Virus record (IMG/VR): IMGVR_UViG_3300028588_000066
Span: 1 to 33,052 of that record
Length of the DNA: 33,052 nucleotides
Source of the DNA: a virus
Lineage: Duplodnaviria; Caudoviricetes
Strand: one strand, 5' to 3'
This document shows positions 24,019 through 33,052 of the stretch, piece after piece. The notes under the pieces are model-generated. The model did no database searches. It saw only the letters and a list, made by a program, of their open reading frames with translations, and had not been told where the DNA came from. A program made the translations under genes and the position numbers. The stretch's first letter is position 1, and each line of letters begins with the position of its first letter.

Positions 24019-24387
24019 ATGGCTACGACCAAGAGCACTACGCCCGCCGAGAAGGCCGCTGACGAGACGCCCGCCGTCGAGTCCCCGGCCATCCCCGAGG
24101 AGACGAAGCTCGACAGCTCCGTCGAGAAGCCCTCGACCACCGCCCCCGGTGACGGCCCTGCCGACACCACCGACCCCTCGGAGACGGCATCCTCCGTGAC
24201 CCCCAGCCCCGACGAGACGGCGATCGCGGCCGGCACGGTGAACGCCGTCAAGCCGACCACGAAGCCCGCCGCCAAGAAGTCGACGGGCAAGGAGCGTGTC
24301 GAGAAGTTCGAGGCGACCAAGCCCGACGGCACGGTCGTCAAGGTCGAGCGCAACATCGAGACCGGCGTCTCGAAGATCGTCGACTGA
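24019..24387 (+). CDS. Virion-associated hypothetical protein, low-complexity N-terminus
   Basis: AAGGAG RBS; Thr/Pro/Glu-rich region then compact beta-rich C-terminus. Confidence 0.7.
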   Translation: MATTKSTTPAEKAADETPAVESPAIPEETKLDSSVEKPSTTAPGDGPADTTDPSETASSVTPSPDETAIAAGTVNAVKPTTKPAAKKSTGKERVEKFEATKPDGTVVKVERNIETGVSKIVD

Positions 24388-24403
24388 CGGGAGGGGGACG
24401 CTC

Positions 24404-24802
24404 ATGGACAACCCGGCTCAGCTCGAGCACGTCACGGGCAGCTTCGAGCGTCCCCTGACCGTCGGCGAGGAGAAGGCCGTACCCGAGTGGCTCGACACCG
24501 CCTGGCGGAAGCTGCAGCGGCGCGTGGCGGGCATCCCGGCGCGCTGCGAGCTCGCAGACGACACCCCGGGCCACCTGGCCGTCGAAGACGTCCGTGACGT
24601 CGTCGTGGCGATGGTGGAGCGCAAGCTGCGCAACCCGGACGGAATGCGCTCCTGGAACGGCGACACCGAGGGTGGCACGGTCGACAGCACGCTGTCGTCG
24701 GGCCAGCTCTACGTCACGGACGACGAGGTGCGCGACCTTGCCCCGCGCGATCCTGACGGGTCGGCCGGCGGCGCGTTCTCGATGCAGCTCGGGAGGCCCT
24801 GA
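24404..24802 (+). CDS. Head-to-tail adaptor
   Basis: VVVAMVERKLRNPDG...GQLYVTDDE...GAFS pattern. Confidence 0.8.
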   Translation: MDNPAQLEHVTGSFERPLTVGEEKAVPEWLDTAWRKLQRRVAGIPARCELADDTPGHLAVEDVRDVVVAMVERKLRNPDGMRSWNGDTEGGTVDSTLSSGQLYVTDDEVRDLAPRDPDGSAGGAFSMQLGRP

Positions 24803-25212
24803 TGGTCTCCCCGTCGATGCGGGCGATCGCGCGGCGCCGGGCGGAGGCACGGATGACGGACTCGTGCACGGTGGTCCGCGAGACGCGCTCAGAGGATCCC
24901 GACCCGGCGACGGGGAAGCACGCGACGACGTCGACGACGATCTACAACGGCCCCTGCGAGTTCGTCGCGGCGAACACCGCCGTGCACGAGGTCACTTCGG
25001 CCGGCCGCCCCGTCGCCGAGCAGGGCGCCACCCTCCGCGTCCCCGTGGACCACGAGGGCTCGGCGCAGATCAGCTCCGGCGACACCGCCACCGTCCACCT
25101 GTCCTCGCACGACACCACGGCCCCGCCGCTGGTCGCGCGCGTGGGCGGCACCCACCAGCAGACCTTCGCCGCCTCTCGGCGGCTCCCCGTGGAGGTGGTG
25201 ACTCGTGGCTGA
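24802..25212 (+). CDS. Head-to-tail stopper/closure protein
   Basis: AEARMTDSCTV...IYNGPC; synteny. Confidence 0.7.
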   Translation: MVSPSMRAIARRRAEARMTDSCTVVRETRSEDPDPATGKHATTSTTIYNGPCEFVAANTAVHEVTSAGRPVAEQGATLRVPVDHEGSAQISSGDTATVHLSSHDTTAPPLVARVGGTHQQTFAASRRLPVEVVTRG

Positions 25213-25615
25213 CGACGTGACGATCGACACGAGCGAGCTCGACCGCCTCGTCGTCGACCTGACCAACGCGCCGGTGTCGATCGCTCGTCAGGTCCGGTCG
25301 GCGCTGCAGGTGAACGCGCAGCGCGTGAAGGAGTCGTGGCGAGAGAAGCTGGCCGGGAACGCGTTCGCGCCTCGCGTGCCGTTCTCGATCACCTACGACA
25401 CGAAGATCTCCGACGACGGCATCGAGGTCGAGATCGGCGCCCAGAAGGGAACCGGCCGGCAGGGTGGTGTCGCGCTGCTCCTCGAGTACGGCGCCCCCCG
25501 GCGCGGGCTGGCCCCTCGCGGGTACGGCCTCGCCGCGCTGCAGGAGAACCTCGAGGACCTCGAGCGCGGCATCTCGCGCGCGCTCGGGTCGGCGCTGCAG
25601 GACAACGACCTGTGA
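25205..25615 (+). CDS. Neck/tail-completion protein (HK97 gp10-like)
   Basis: SITYD...EIG...LLEYGAP pattern; synteny. Confidence 0.7.
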   Translation: MADDVTIDTSELDRLVVDLTNAPVSIARQVRSALQVNAQRVKESWREKLAGNAFAPRVPFSITYDTKISDDGIEVEIGAQKGTGRQGGVALLLEYGAPRRGLAPRGYGLAALQENLEDLERGISRALGSALQDNDL

Positions 25616-26064
25616 CCGCGGCCGAGACGCGCGCCCTGCGCGACAGGGTGCGCACGCACGCCCAGCTGGCCGACGCGACCTTCGTGGCGACCGACCAGGA
25701 CCCGGACGCCGACCTGGACGCGCCTCGCACGCTGACGGCCCCGCCGTACGTGCTCATCTACCCGGGCGGCGGCGTCGACGGCCAGGACCGTGTCACCGGC
25801 CCGTACGCGGACCGCGACCCGTCGTTCTCGCTGCACTGTGTCGGCGAGTCCGCTCTCGCCGCCGAGATCGTCGCGGACTGGGTCGACGCCGTGCTCCGCC
25901 CTGGCGGCCGCGGCGTCAGGCTCGACGTCCCCGGGCGCCGTGTCGGTGCTCTCCGCCGCGTCGACGTCGGGCCGGTGCTCGACGACGACAGCACGAGGCC
26001 GGTCGTCTGGTACGTGCCGGTCATCTACCGGTTCCGGTCGCAGCCGGGTCCGATCCCCACCTGA
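25612..26064 (+). CDS. Tail terminator protein
   Basis: PPYVLIY...LHCVG pattern; GTGA coupling; precedes the tail tube. Confidence 0.7.
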   Translation: MTAAETRALRDRVRTHAQLADATFVATDQDPDADLDAPRTLTAPPYVLIYPGGGVDGQDRVTGPYADRDPSFSLHCVGESALAAEIVADWVDAVLRPGGRGVRLDVPGRRVGALRRVDVGPVLDDDSTRPVVWYVPVIYRFRSQPGPIPT

Positions 26065-26077
26065 TCCACCACCCTCC

Positions 26078-26105
26078 GCCCTCGGCTTCGGCCGGGGGCT
26101 TTCTC
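26078..26105 (+). terminator. Intrinsic terminator inside the late operon
   Basis: GCCCTCGGC-TTCG-GCCGGGGGC followed by TTTCT; cUUCGg tetraloop. Confidence 0.7.
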
Positions 26106-26124
26106 ATGCCGAGGAGGCACCCCC

Positions 26125-26376
26125 ATGGCCGAACAGGTCGAGGTCGTCGTGGACGGCCGCAAGTTCCACATCGCAAGGCCGACGCAGGAGCGCTGGCCCG
26201 ACGACTACCCGCTCACGACGACGAAGAGCGGCAAGCCGACCGCGGCCGCCAAGCGCGCGGAGAAGGTCGTCATCGAGAAGGCGCCCACCGCCGACACCAC
26301 CCTGACCGCCGACGACCTCAAGGCCGCCGGATCCACCGATGCCGGCGACGGCGCCACCACCCCGAAGGAGGCCTGA
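26125..26376 (+). CDS. Small hypothetical protein
   Basis: GAGGAGG RBS; GC3-rich. Confidence 0.7.
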   Translation: MAEQVEVVVDGRKFHIARPTQERWPDDYPLTTTKSGKPTAAAKRAEKVVIEKAPTADTTLTADDLKAAGSTDAGDGATTPKEA

Positions 26377-26378
26377 CG

Positions 26379-26885
26379 ATGGCCGATCGCGAACTGCTCG
26401 TCCCGGAGAACATCGAGTCCGACGGCACGCTGCTGCTGCTCGCGGCTCCCCGCTCCGCGTTCACCACCTGGCCGCCGACGGCCGCGCAGCTCAACGCCGC
26501 CACGACGAAGGACATCACGTACTCGCTGACGTCCTCCGGCTGGAACCACGGCAAGGCGCAGGAGACCACCACCGACGACCGCCTGACGCTCCGCGAGGTC
26601 CTGGCGAAGCCCGGGCGGATCACCCACACCGTCGAGGTCCAGTACTTCTACGGCTCGGAGGAGGACGTCGTCGACCCGCTCTTCGTCGAGGGCGCCGACA
26701 TCGTCATCGCGGCCCGGTACGCGGTCCTCTACGAGGAGGCCGTGACGGCCGCCGACAAGTTCGACTTCCTCGAGCTCGAGTGCGGCGCGAAGCGCCGTGA
26801 CCAGCCGTCGGCGAACGGCCGCTGGACGAAGACGCAGGCGCTGCACCCCCGCGGCAAGGTCCTCGAGGACGTCGTCATCGCGTAG
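26379..26885 (+). CDS. Major tail (tube) protein
   Basis: PTAAQLNA...DITYSLT...DDRLT pattern; AAGGAGG RBS; precedes the chaperones. Confidence 0.85.
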   Translation: MADRELLVPENIESDGTLLLLAAPRSAFTTWPPTAAQLNAATTKDITYSLTSSGWNHGKAQETTTDDRLTLREVLAKPGRITHTVEVQYFYGSEEDVVDPLFVEGADIVIAARYAVLYEEAVTAADKFDFLELECGAKRRDQPSANGRWTKTQALHPRGKVLEDVVIA

Positions 26886-26898
26886 CGCCAGCACCACC

Positions 26899-26975
26899 GT
26901 GCGGGTGGGCGTCCTCCTCCCCGGAGCGCCCGCCCGCACTTCACCCACATCCGGGGACGATCCGGGGAGGATCCC
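26899..26975 (+). promoter_or_regulatory. Hairpin/pseudoknot overlapping the RBS of the tail assembly chaperone
   Basis: 13-bp stem 26899-26911/26927-26939; loop TCCTCCCCGGA is the exact complement of TCCGGGGAGGA (26961-26971). Confidence 0.7.
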
Positions 26976-27503
26976 ATGAGCAAGATCAGCGACATCGCCC
27001 AGAACTACCGCCCGCCGACGCGCACCGTCACCGTCATGGTGACGCCGAACGACGACGCGATGCGGCGCCGCGAGGAGCTGCTGACCGCGATCGTCGACGT
27101 CGAGAAGGCCGCGAACGAGCGTCTGGCGCGGAAGGCGCCGACCGCGAAGCTGCGGGAGGAGCTGGCAGCGCTCGAGAAGAGTGAGGCCGAGTTCATGCGC
27201 ACGCTGCGCTTCACGAAGCTCGACGGCATCGAGTGGGCGGAGCTCACGGCGAAGTACGGCCCGCGCGAGGACGTCGCCTTCGACGCGCAGCTCGGCTACA
27301 ACCACCACGCCGTCGCCCTCATCGCCGCGAAGGTGAACGGGACCGACGTCACCGACGGCGCCGAGGAGCCCCTCGACGACGCCGACTGGGAGACGATCCA
27401 CAAGGTCGCGTCCGGGTGGGACATCGAGAACATCGCGACCGTCGTGCTCGAGATGAACGTGATGCGGTCCGCGCGGACGATCGGCCGCCTAAAAAAAGAC
27501 TGA
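26976..27503 (+). CDS. Tail assembly chaperone (gpG-like)
   Basis: Between tail tube and tape measure; ends CTA AAA AAA GAC TGA. Confidence 0.88.
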   Translation: MSKISDIAQNYRPPTRTVTVMVTPNDDAMRRREELLTAIVDVEKAANERLARKAPTAKLREELAALEKSEAEFMRTLRFTKLDGIEWAELTAKYGPREDVAFDAQLGYNHHAVALIAAKVNGTDVTDGAEEPLDDADWETIHKVASGWDIENIATVVLEMNVMRSARTIGRLKKD

Positions 27504-28003
27504 TCGAGGACCCCGAGCTGCGCGGCGAGCTGGTGCAGGCGCGCGCGCTCGGGGTCTCGCTTCGTCGTCTGCAGGGCTGGGAGCCCTCCTCGCGCACCGA
27601 GTACGAGTACGACGACGACGGCCGCCTGGTGGCCGCGACGACGACGCAGGAGCCGGAATTCGGGCCGACGGACCATGACTGGCTCGTGGCCCTGGCTGCG
27701 CTCGAGGCGGAGGAGGGCCCGCACGGGCACCTGATGTCCGACGCGCTGTCGGCCGAGGCTGACCCGGCGAACCCGGATGGCGCGTTCGAGTTCGTCGCCG
27801 GCCACCCCGTGCAGAGCCCCGAGGGGGCGTGGGTCCGGGCGCCGCTCATCGATTACGCCGAGAAGGCCCGCCTCGACATGCGCGATCGCCTGCAGGCGGC
27901 GGACCCGAAGGCGCACCTGAACGGTGTCGTGATCCCGGTCTACAAGGTGCCGCGTCGTCGCCGCGTGTCACCGCTGAAGCACACAACTCCACAGCAGCAG
28001 TAG
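27491..28003 (+). CDS. -1 frameshift extension of the tail chaperone (gpGT-like)
   Basis: Slippery A AAA AAA at 27491-27497; the -1 frame is open to 28003 (RLIEDPELRGEL...). Confidence 0.85.
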   Translation, partial: KKRLIEDPELRGELVQARALGVSLRRLQGWEPSSRTEYEYDDDGRLVAATTTQEPEFGPTDHDWLVALAALEAEEGPHGHLMSDALSAEADPANPDGAFEFVAGHPVQSPEGAWVRAPLIDYAEKARLDMRDRLQAADPKAHLNGVVIPVYKVPRRRRVSPLKHTTPQQQ

Positions 28004-28037
28004 CCCCGGCGCGGGCCCGACGGATCGAGGTCACGCG

Positions 28038-30899
28038 ATGGACGCACGCTCCGTACGGCTCAACATCACCGCCAGCATGCGGGGCGTCGTCGAGGAGTTC
28101 CAGAACGGGGCTCGGGCTGCGAACCAGTTCTCGACGACGCTCGGCAAGGAGCTGAAGCCGGCCCTCGCGGCGATCGCCGTCGGCGCGGCCGCGGGTGTCG
28201 GCCTGGCAGTGTCGAAGTTCGCTGACTTCGACGCGGCGATGTCGAACGTCCAGGCGTCTACGCACGAGACCGCCGACGTCATGGGGCAGTACCGCCAGGC
28301 TGCGCTCGACGCGGGTAGCAGCACGGTGTTCAGCGCGACGGAGTCTGCGAACGCGATCGACGAGCTCGCAAAGGCGGGCTTGTCGGCGAAGGACATCCTC
28401 GGCGGCGGCCTGACTGGGTCGCTCGATCTGGCGGCTGCGGGCGGGCTCGGTGTCGCACGGGCGGCCGAGATCGCGTCGACGACGCTGCAGCAGTTCGGCC
28501 TGAACGGGTCGAAGGCCAGCCACGTCGCCGACGTGCTCGCGGCTGGCGCTGGCAAGGCCATGGGCTCGGTCGACGACCTCGCGAACGGCCTGAAGTTCGT
28601 TGGCCCCGTGGCGGCGTCGCTCGGGGTCAGCCTGGAGGAGACGACGGGCGTGCTGGCGCTCTTCGCGCAGCAGGGCATCATCGGCGAGCAGGCCGGCACC
28701 TCGCTGCGCGGTGTGCTCGCTTCGCTGACGTCGCCGTCGAAGGAGGCCGGCAAGGAGATCGAGCGCCTCGGCCTCAACCTCTACGACGCCCAGGGCAACT
28801 TCCTCGGCCTCGAGAACGCCGCCGGCGAGCTGTCCAAGGCGTACGGGACGATGGACCAGGAGTCCCGTCAGGCGTCCCTCGGCATCATCTTCGGCCGAGA
28901 GACGATCACCGCGGCCACGGCGCTGTACCAGTCGGGAGCAGAGGGCGTCGCCGAGTGGTCGAAGGCTGTCGACGACAGCGGCTACGCGGCCGAGACGGCC
29001 CGGCTGAAGCTCGACAACCTGAAGGGTGACGTCGAGGCTCTCGGCGGTGCTCTCGACACCGCGCTGATCCAGACCGGGTCGAGCGCCAACGGCACACTGC
29101 GCGAGCTCGTGCAGGGCGCGACCGGTCTCGTGACCGCCTACGCGGAAGCGCCGGCGCCGGTGCAGGCCCTCGGCCTGGCGCTCGGCGTCGCGGCCGCGGC
29201 GGCGGCGGCCGCCGGTCTCGGGTTCGTCACCCTGGTGCCGAAGATCGCGGCGACTCGGGCCGCCATGCAGCAGGCGAACATCACCGGCGGTGTCCTCGCG
29301 AAGGGCATCGGCAAGGGTGGGGCACTGCTGCTCGGTCTGACGGCTCTCACGGGCGGCTTCGCCGGCCTCGGCGCGCAGGGCCAGCTCACCGCTGACCAGA
29401 TCGCCGACGTGAACAAGGCCCTGAAGTCGGTCGACTTCGAGAACGTGAACAAGCTGTTCGCGAAGTCCGGGATCGGCTTCGACGTCCAGGAGGGGCAGAG
29501 CTTCAAGTCGAACGACGCGCTGGCGTCGCTGAAGAAGCTCACGGGCGGTTTCAACGACCAGGCCGACATGAAGTTCACGAAGTTCCTCGACGGTCTGACG
29601 TTCGGCCTGACGGACCTCTCGGCGGTCTTCAAGGAGAACGAAGCGACGTTCACCCAGATCGGGTCGACCTTCTCTGAGATGGCGGGCACCGACTACGGCG
29701 GCGCGTCGAAGAAGTTCGCGGCGATGGTCAAGGAGATGGGCGGCGGGGCGGACACCGTCGAGCGGCTGCTCGAGGTCATGCCCGACTACAAGGCCACCCT
29801 GACGGACCTCGCGACCGCTGCCGGCGTGACCGTGACCGACCAGGAGCTGTTGAACCTTGCGATCGGCAAGGGTGACCTGGCCGCGAAGCTCGCGAAGGGC
29901 TCCGCTGACGAGCAGCAGCAGGCGCTGACCGAGCTCGGCGGCGCGGCGGAGTCGGCTGAGGGCGACATCGACGACCTCGCTGAGGCGATCGCCAACTTCG
30001 GGAAGGCGCAGTTCGACACGAACGCGGCGACGCGTGACTTCGAGGCCGCGATCGACGACGCGTCGAAGGCGCTTGAGGACAACGGCCGCACCATGGACGT
30101 CTCCACCGAGGCGGGCCGGTCAAACCAGGCCGCGCTCGACGACATCGCGAGCTCCGCGCTCTCCCTGTCGTCGGCGATCATCTCGCAGACGAACGACCAG
30201 GAGGCCGCCTCCGCTGCGATCCAGCGTGGGCGCGACGCGTACATCGCAGCCTCGGTCGCTGCGGGGGTCTCCGAGGAAGCAGCGAACGCGTACGCCGACC
30301 AGCTCGGTCTGATCCCGTCGAACGTCTCGACGGCGATCCAGGCGACCGGCGTCTCGAAGACGCAGGCCGACATCGACGCGATCCAGGCCAACCTCGCGCA
30401 GACGATCCGTGAGATGACGATCTCGATCCACGCGGCCGTCGACCGCTCGCAGCTCGACTCGCTGCTCGCAGGCATCCGCAACGCTCGCTCGGAGCTCGCC
30501 GACCTGAACGGCGCCGCCTCGGGCAGCGGCCGCATGGGGACGTACGCCTCGGGTGGCCCCGTGTACGGGCCTGGAACGGGGACGTCCGACTCGATCGTCG
30601 CGCGGCTGTCGAACGGCGAGCACGTGTGGACCGCGCGTGAGGTCGCGGCGGCAGGCGGCCACGGCAACATCCTGGCGCTGCGCCGCGAGGTTCTCGCTTC
30701 TCGGAGGGCTCCGGGCTTCGCAGATGGCGGCCCTGTCTACGCGCAGGCCCCTCGCTACGTGGAGCCGTCGCTGCGCCTCGTCACGCAGCCCTCAGGAGCC
30801 GTCACCCGGGAGGGGGACCGCTTCTACATCACGGCACCGACCAGCCCGGTCGCGGTCGCTCAGGCCGTCTCTCGACGGCAGCAAGGGAGGACCATCTGA
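28038..30899 (+). CDS. Tape measure protein (TP901-like core)
   Basis: 953 aa, Ala-rich; FDAAMSNV, FSATESANAIDELAKAG, AGTSLRGVL, ASGGPVYGPGTGTSDSI. Confidence 0.95.
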   Translation: MDARSVRLNITASMRGVVEEFQNGARAANQFSTTLGKELKPALAAIAVGAAAGVGLAVSKFADFDAAMSNVQASTHETADVMGQYRQAALDAGSSTVFSATESANAIDELAKAGLSAKDILGGGLTGSLDLAAAGGLGVARAAEIASTTLQQFGLNGSKASHVADVLAAGAGKAMGSVDDLANGLKFVGPVAASLGVSLEETTGVLALFAQQGIIGEQAGTSLRGVLASLTSPSKEAGKEIERLGLNLYDAQGNFLGLENAAGELSKAYGTMDQESRQASLGIIFGRETITAATALYQSGAEGVAEWSKAVDDSGYAAETARLKLDNLKGDVEALGGALDTALIQTGSSANGTLRELVQGATGLVTAYAEAPAPVQALGLALGVAAAAAAAAGLGFVTLVPKIAATRAAMQQANITGGVLAKGIGKGGALLLGLTALTGGFAGLGAQGQLTADQIADVNKALKSVDFENVNKLFAKSGIGFDVQEGQSFKSNDALASLKKLTGGFNDQADMKFTKFLDGLTFGLTDLSAVFKENEATFTQIGSTFSEMAGTDYGGASKKFAAMVKEMGGGADTVERLLEVMPDYKATLTDLATAAGVTVTDQELLNLAIGKGDLAAKLAKGSADEQQQALTELGGAAESAEGDIDDLAEAIANFGKAQFDTNAATRDFEAAIDDASKALEDNGRTMDVSTEAGRSNQAALDDIASSALSLSSAIISQTNDQEAASAAIQRGRDAYIAASVAAGVSEEAANAYADQLGLIPSNVSTAIQATGVSKTQADIDAIQANLAQTIREMTISIHAAVDRSQLDSLLAGIRNARSELADLNGAASGSGRMGTYASGGPVYGPGTGTSDSIVARLSNGEHVWTAREVAAAGGHGNILALRREVLASRRAPGFADGGPVYAQAPRYVEPSLRLVTQPSGAVTREGDRFYITAPTSPVAVAQAVSRRQQGRTI

Positions 30900-31930
30900 T
30901 GGAGTTGCAGCCGGACCAGGTCTACGCCCAGCTCGGCCCGATCGTCTTCGGGGCGGTCGACGAGTTCGGCGTCGACTGGTCGCTGCAGGCCCTCGACGGA
31001 TGGGGTGCGACAGCCAGCACGAGGCGGTTGGAGCAGAAGCCGCGGCAGGCTGGGTCGTGGGCGTCGCGCGGTTTTGCCGTCGGTCGGTCGGTCGCGCTGT
31101 CCGGGAAGATCTTCGCTCCCACCGCGCCGGCCCTCTCTGATGCGATCGACCGCCTGAACGCGGCAGCGGACATCAACTCCGTGCGCCTCACCGTCGTCGA
31201 GGCGGGGCGTGCGCGGTGGGTCGATGTTGGCCGTAGCGACGACGTTCTGACGAAGTGGCTGACGGCCACGGAGGCGACCTGGTCGGTTCAGGTGGAGTCC
31301 ACCGAGTCGCGCAAGTTCGCCGCTGACCTCTCCGGCTCGTCGGCTCTCCCGTCGACCTTCGGCGGGCTCATCATCCCGGGCGGCGGTGAGGGAGGATCGG
31401 CCGCGTCGAGCTTCACCGAGGCGCAGTTCTCGTTCATGGCGAACCGTCAAGGCTTCGCTGCCCACCCCAACGGCGCGACCGGGAACATGGAGCTCTACAC
31501 CGCCGACGGCGAACGCTCGAACGCGGCTACGCTCGCTGTCCTCGACGACATCGTGGGTGGTCTCACGATTCCGTTCACCATCGACGCCGTCACGGTGACT
31601 GGGCAGGTGTCGATCACGAACCCGGGCAACGAGACCGGTCCCGTGCGGCTCCGCATCGACGGGCCCTGCCGCGGGCCGGTCGTGACGCACGTCTCGACGG
31701 GCGCGCAGCTCATCTTCTCGTCGTCGCTCGTCCTCGGTGCCGGTGAGTGGCTCGAGGTCGACATGGAGGCCCGCAGCGTGCTCGCGAACGGGCAGGCCAC
31801 GCGCGCCCCTTGGATCACCTCTCGCGGCTGGTCGGGCTTCACACCCGGCCCGAACACGTGGACGTTCACCGCGGACTCCTTCGACCCGGAAGCACTGCTG
31901 ACCGTGGTCGCCACCCCAGCTTGGAAGTAG
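30899..31930 (+). CDS. Distal tail protein (Dit-like)
   Basis: Follows TMP; NPGN...RIDGPCRGP, LGAGEWLEVD, PGPNTWTF patterns. Confidence 0.8.
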   Translation: MELQPDQVYAQLGPIVFGAVDEFGVDWSLQALDGWGATASTRRLEQKPRQAGSWASRGFAVGRSVALSGKIFAPTAPALSDAIDRLNAAADINSVRLTVVEAGRARWVDVGRSDDVLTKWLTATEATWSVQVESTESRKFAADLSGSSALPSTFGGLIIPGGGEGGSAASSFTEAQFSFMANRQGFAAHPNGATGNMELYTADGERSNAATLAVLDDIVGGLTIPFTIDAVTVTGQVSITNPGNETGPVRLRIDGPCRGPVVTHVSTGAQLIFSSSLVLGAGEWLEVDMEARSVLANGQATRAPWITSRGWSGFTPGPNTWTFTADSFDPEALLTVVATPAWK

Positions 31931-31936
31931 GAACCC

Positions 31937-32956
31937 ATGGCCGAACGTCTCTTCCCCGCCGACGCTGTCGGCGGCACCCCCGCCTACTCCGGGCGGGGGC
32001 TCCGACAGCTGCACGCACCGTTCCTGTCTGGCGCCACCACGGCGCGTCCCTTCGGGGCGCTGTCCGGCGTCCGGCCGGGCACGTCGCCGGCCACCGTCAC
32101 CGCGACGTCGACGACGTGGCGCTGCGGGCTCCACGCCGGGGTGCTCGATGTGCAGCCAGCCGTTGAGGCGGGCGCATACACCTACGCAGTCGACGAGGTC
32201 GTGAGCGGCGACCTGGCCCCCGCTGACGCGTCGAACTCTCGAATCGACCGCGTCTACGTCCAGCTGACCGACCCGGCCGAGGCGAACGGCTCGCAGGCCG
32301 TTCCTCCGACGGTGGTCGTGCGGTACGTCCAGGGCGCGGCCGGAGCAGTCCCGGTCGCTCCTGCGCTCCCGGTGCGGTCGATGAGCCTCGCGCGCATCAC
32401 AGTCCCGAAGCAGGGCGGCGGCGCTCCGACGGTCGTGTGGGAGGCTCGCGGAGTGCCGGCGGCGGGCGGCGTCGTCGAGTATTTGACCCGGGCGATGCTG
32501 GACGAGGACCGGCCCCCGGTCGGCACGCTCGGCCGCGTCGTCGCGACGAACTCGATCTTCGAGTACCTCGGCCTCAGTGGCGGGCAGCCCGTGTGGGTGC
32601 ACGTCGCGGGCCGCCCCGACACGTCCGCGATGACCGCGATCGGGATCTACCGGCCAACCGCGGCTCCTCGCGCCCCCATCGCGACGGCGCAGGCGGGCCG
32701 TGTGCTCCTCGAGGGGAACATCACGAGCAGCATCGCAGCGAACTTCGTCGTCGGCGAGGAGTACCCGGTCGGTAAGTTCCCCGACGCCTACGGCCTCAAG
32801 GTCGCCCGGACGTTCTTCGTGGACGCGAACCAGTCCCGGTCGCACCTGCTCGTCGTGGCCCCCGACGGGACGATCTCGTTCCGCCCGACGTCGGCCTTCA
32901 CCGCCGTGCTGAACCTCTCGATCGAGGGCATCAGCTGGGCCGACAAGCGACTCTAG
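31937..32956 (+). CDS. Minor tail protein
   Basis: ADASNSRIDRVYVQ...PVAPALP...LARITVP pattern; beta-rich C-terminus. Confidence 0.7.
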   Translation: MAERLFPADAVGGTPAYSGRGLRQLHAPFLSGATTARPFGALSGVRPGTSPATVTATSTTWRCGLHAGVLDVQPAVEAGAYTYAVDEVVSGDLAPADASNSRIDRVYVQLTDPAEANGSQAVPPTVVVRYVQGAAGAVPVAPALPVRSMSLARITVPKQGGGAPTVVWEARGVPAAGGVVEYLTRAMLDEDRPPVGTLGRVVATNSIFEYLGLSGGQPVWVHVAGRPDTSAMTAIGIYRPTAAPRAPIATAQAGRVLLEGNITSSIAANFVVGEEYPVGKFPDAYGLKVARTFFVDANQSRSHLLVVAPDGTISFRPTSAFTAVLNLSIEGISWADKRL

Positions 32957-32966
32957 GAGGTTCCGG

Positions 32967-33052
32967 GTGACGTACACGTGGCTCGCGTCGGAGATCCTCT
33001 CTGGCCGCATCATCGGTGACCTGCCCGACCTGTCGATCGACACGGTGAAGCG
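32967..33052 (+). CDS. Next minor tail gene, truncated by the window edge
   Basis: AGGAGG RBS then GTG; MTYTWLASEILSGRIIGDLP... Confidence 0.65.
   Translation, partial: MTYTWLASEILSGRIIGDLPDLSIDTVK

Larger units (their letters stand above)
86..33052. mobile_element. Integrated temperate siphovirus prophage (continues past right edge)
   Basis: att core followed by integrase, immunity, replication, packaging, head and tail modules in canonical order. Confidence 0.97.

Noticed and set aside
30860-33043. 727-aa - strand ORF and similar long antisense ORFs (4029-5171, 5087-6364, 18197-19360, 22280-23545, 26205-27401)
   Set aside because: Typical stop-poor antisense shadows of GC3-rich genes; no motifs or RBS, unlike the nested MTase ORF.
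1-33052. CRISPR array, reverse transcriptase/DGR, IS element, lysis cassette
   Set aside because: No spaced repeat array, YADD/RT motif, transposase or endolysin seen; lysis genes probably lie beyond the right edge.

Overview
High-GC actinobacterial DNA (Microbacteriaceae-like host is my inference) made up almost entirely of the left ~33 kb of an integrated temperate siphovirus. The window opens with about 85 bp of host DNA and the 3' half of a tRNA-Lys(TTT), which is the att core. Next come a tyrosine integrase, an ImmA/IrrE-type peptidase and an XRE repressor on the - strand. A divergent early operon follows: Cro, Xis, RuvC, YqaJ/Bet recombination pair, three different DNA methyltransferases, a replication initiator with an internal iteron origin, helicase loader, DnaB, SSB, a TetR-like chimera and a Zn-ribbon/HTH regulator. 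A structured late-leader region carries two antisense moron genes and an RyR-domain gene. The rest is HNH, terminase, portal, head, neck and tail genes, running off the right edge; lysis genes and the other att are not in the window. Most notable: (1) a C5 methyltransferase gene with a fully nested +1-frame gene that has its own RBS and carries repeated LPTP modules, a candidate two-chain, dual-coded enzyme with a separate specificity subunit; (2) a two-register pseudoknot that can hide or free the RBS of the tail assembly chaperone; (3) a lambda pR'/tR'-like promoter-terminator unit plus a multi-domain structured RNA; (4) candidate counter-defence/defence morons; (5) a shared NV(I/T)x(L/F)(x)R peptide motif on integrase, repressor and excisionase. 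All calls come from motifs and synteny read by eye; no database searches were run.
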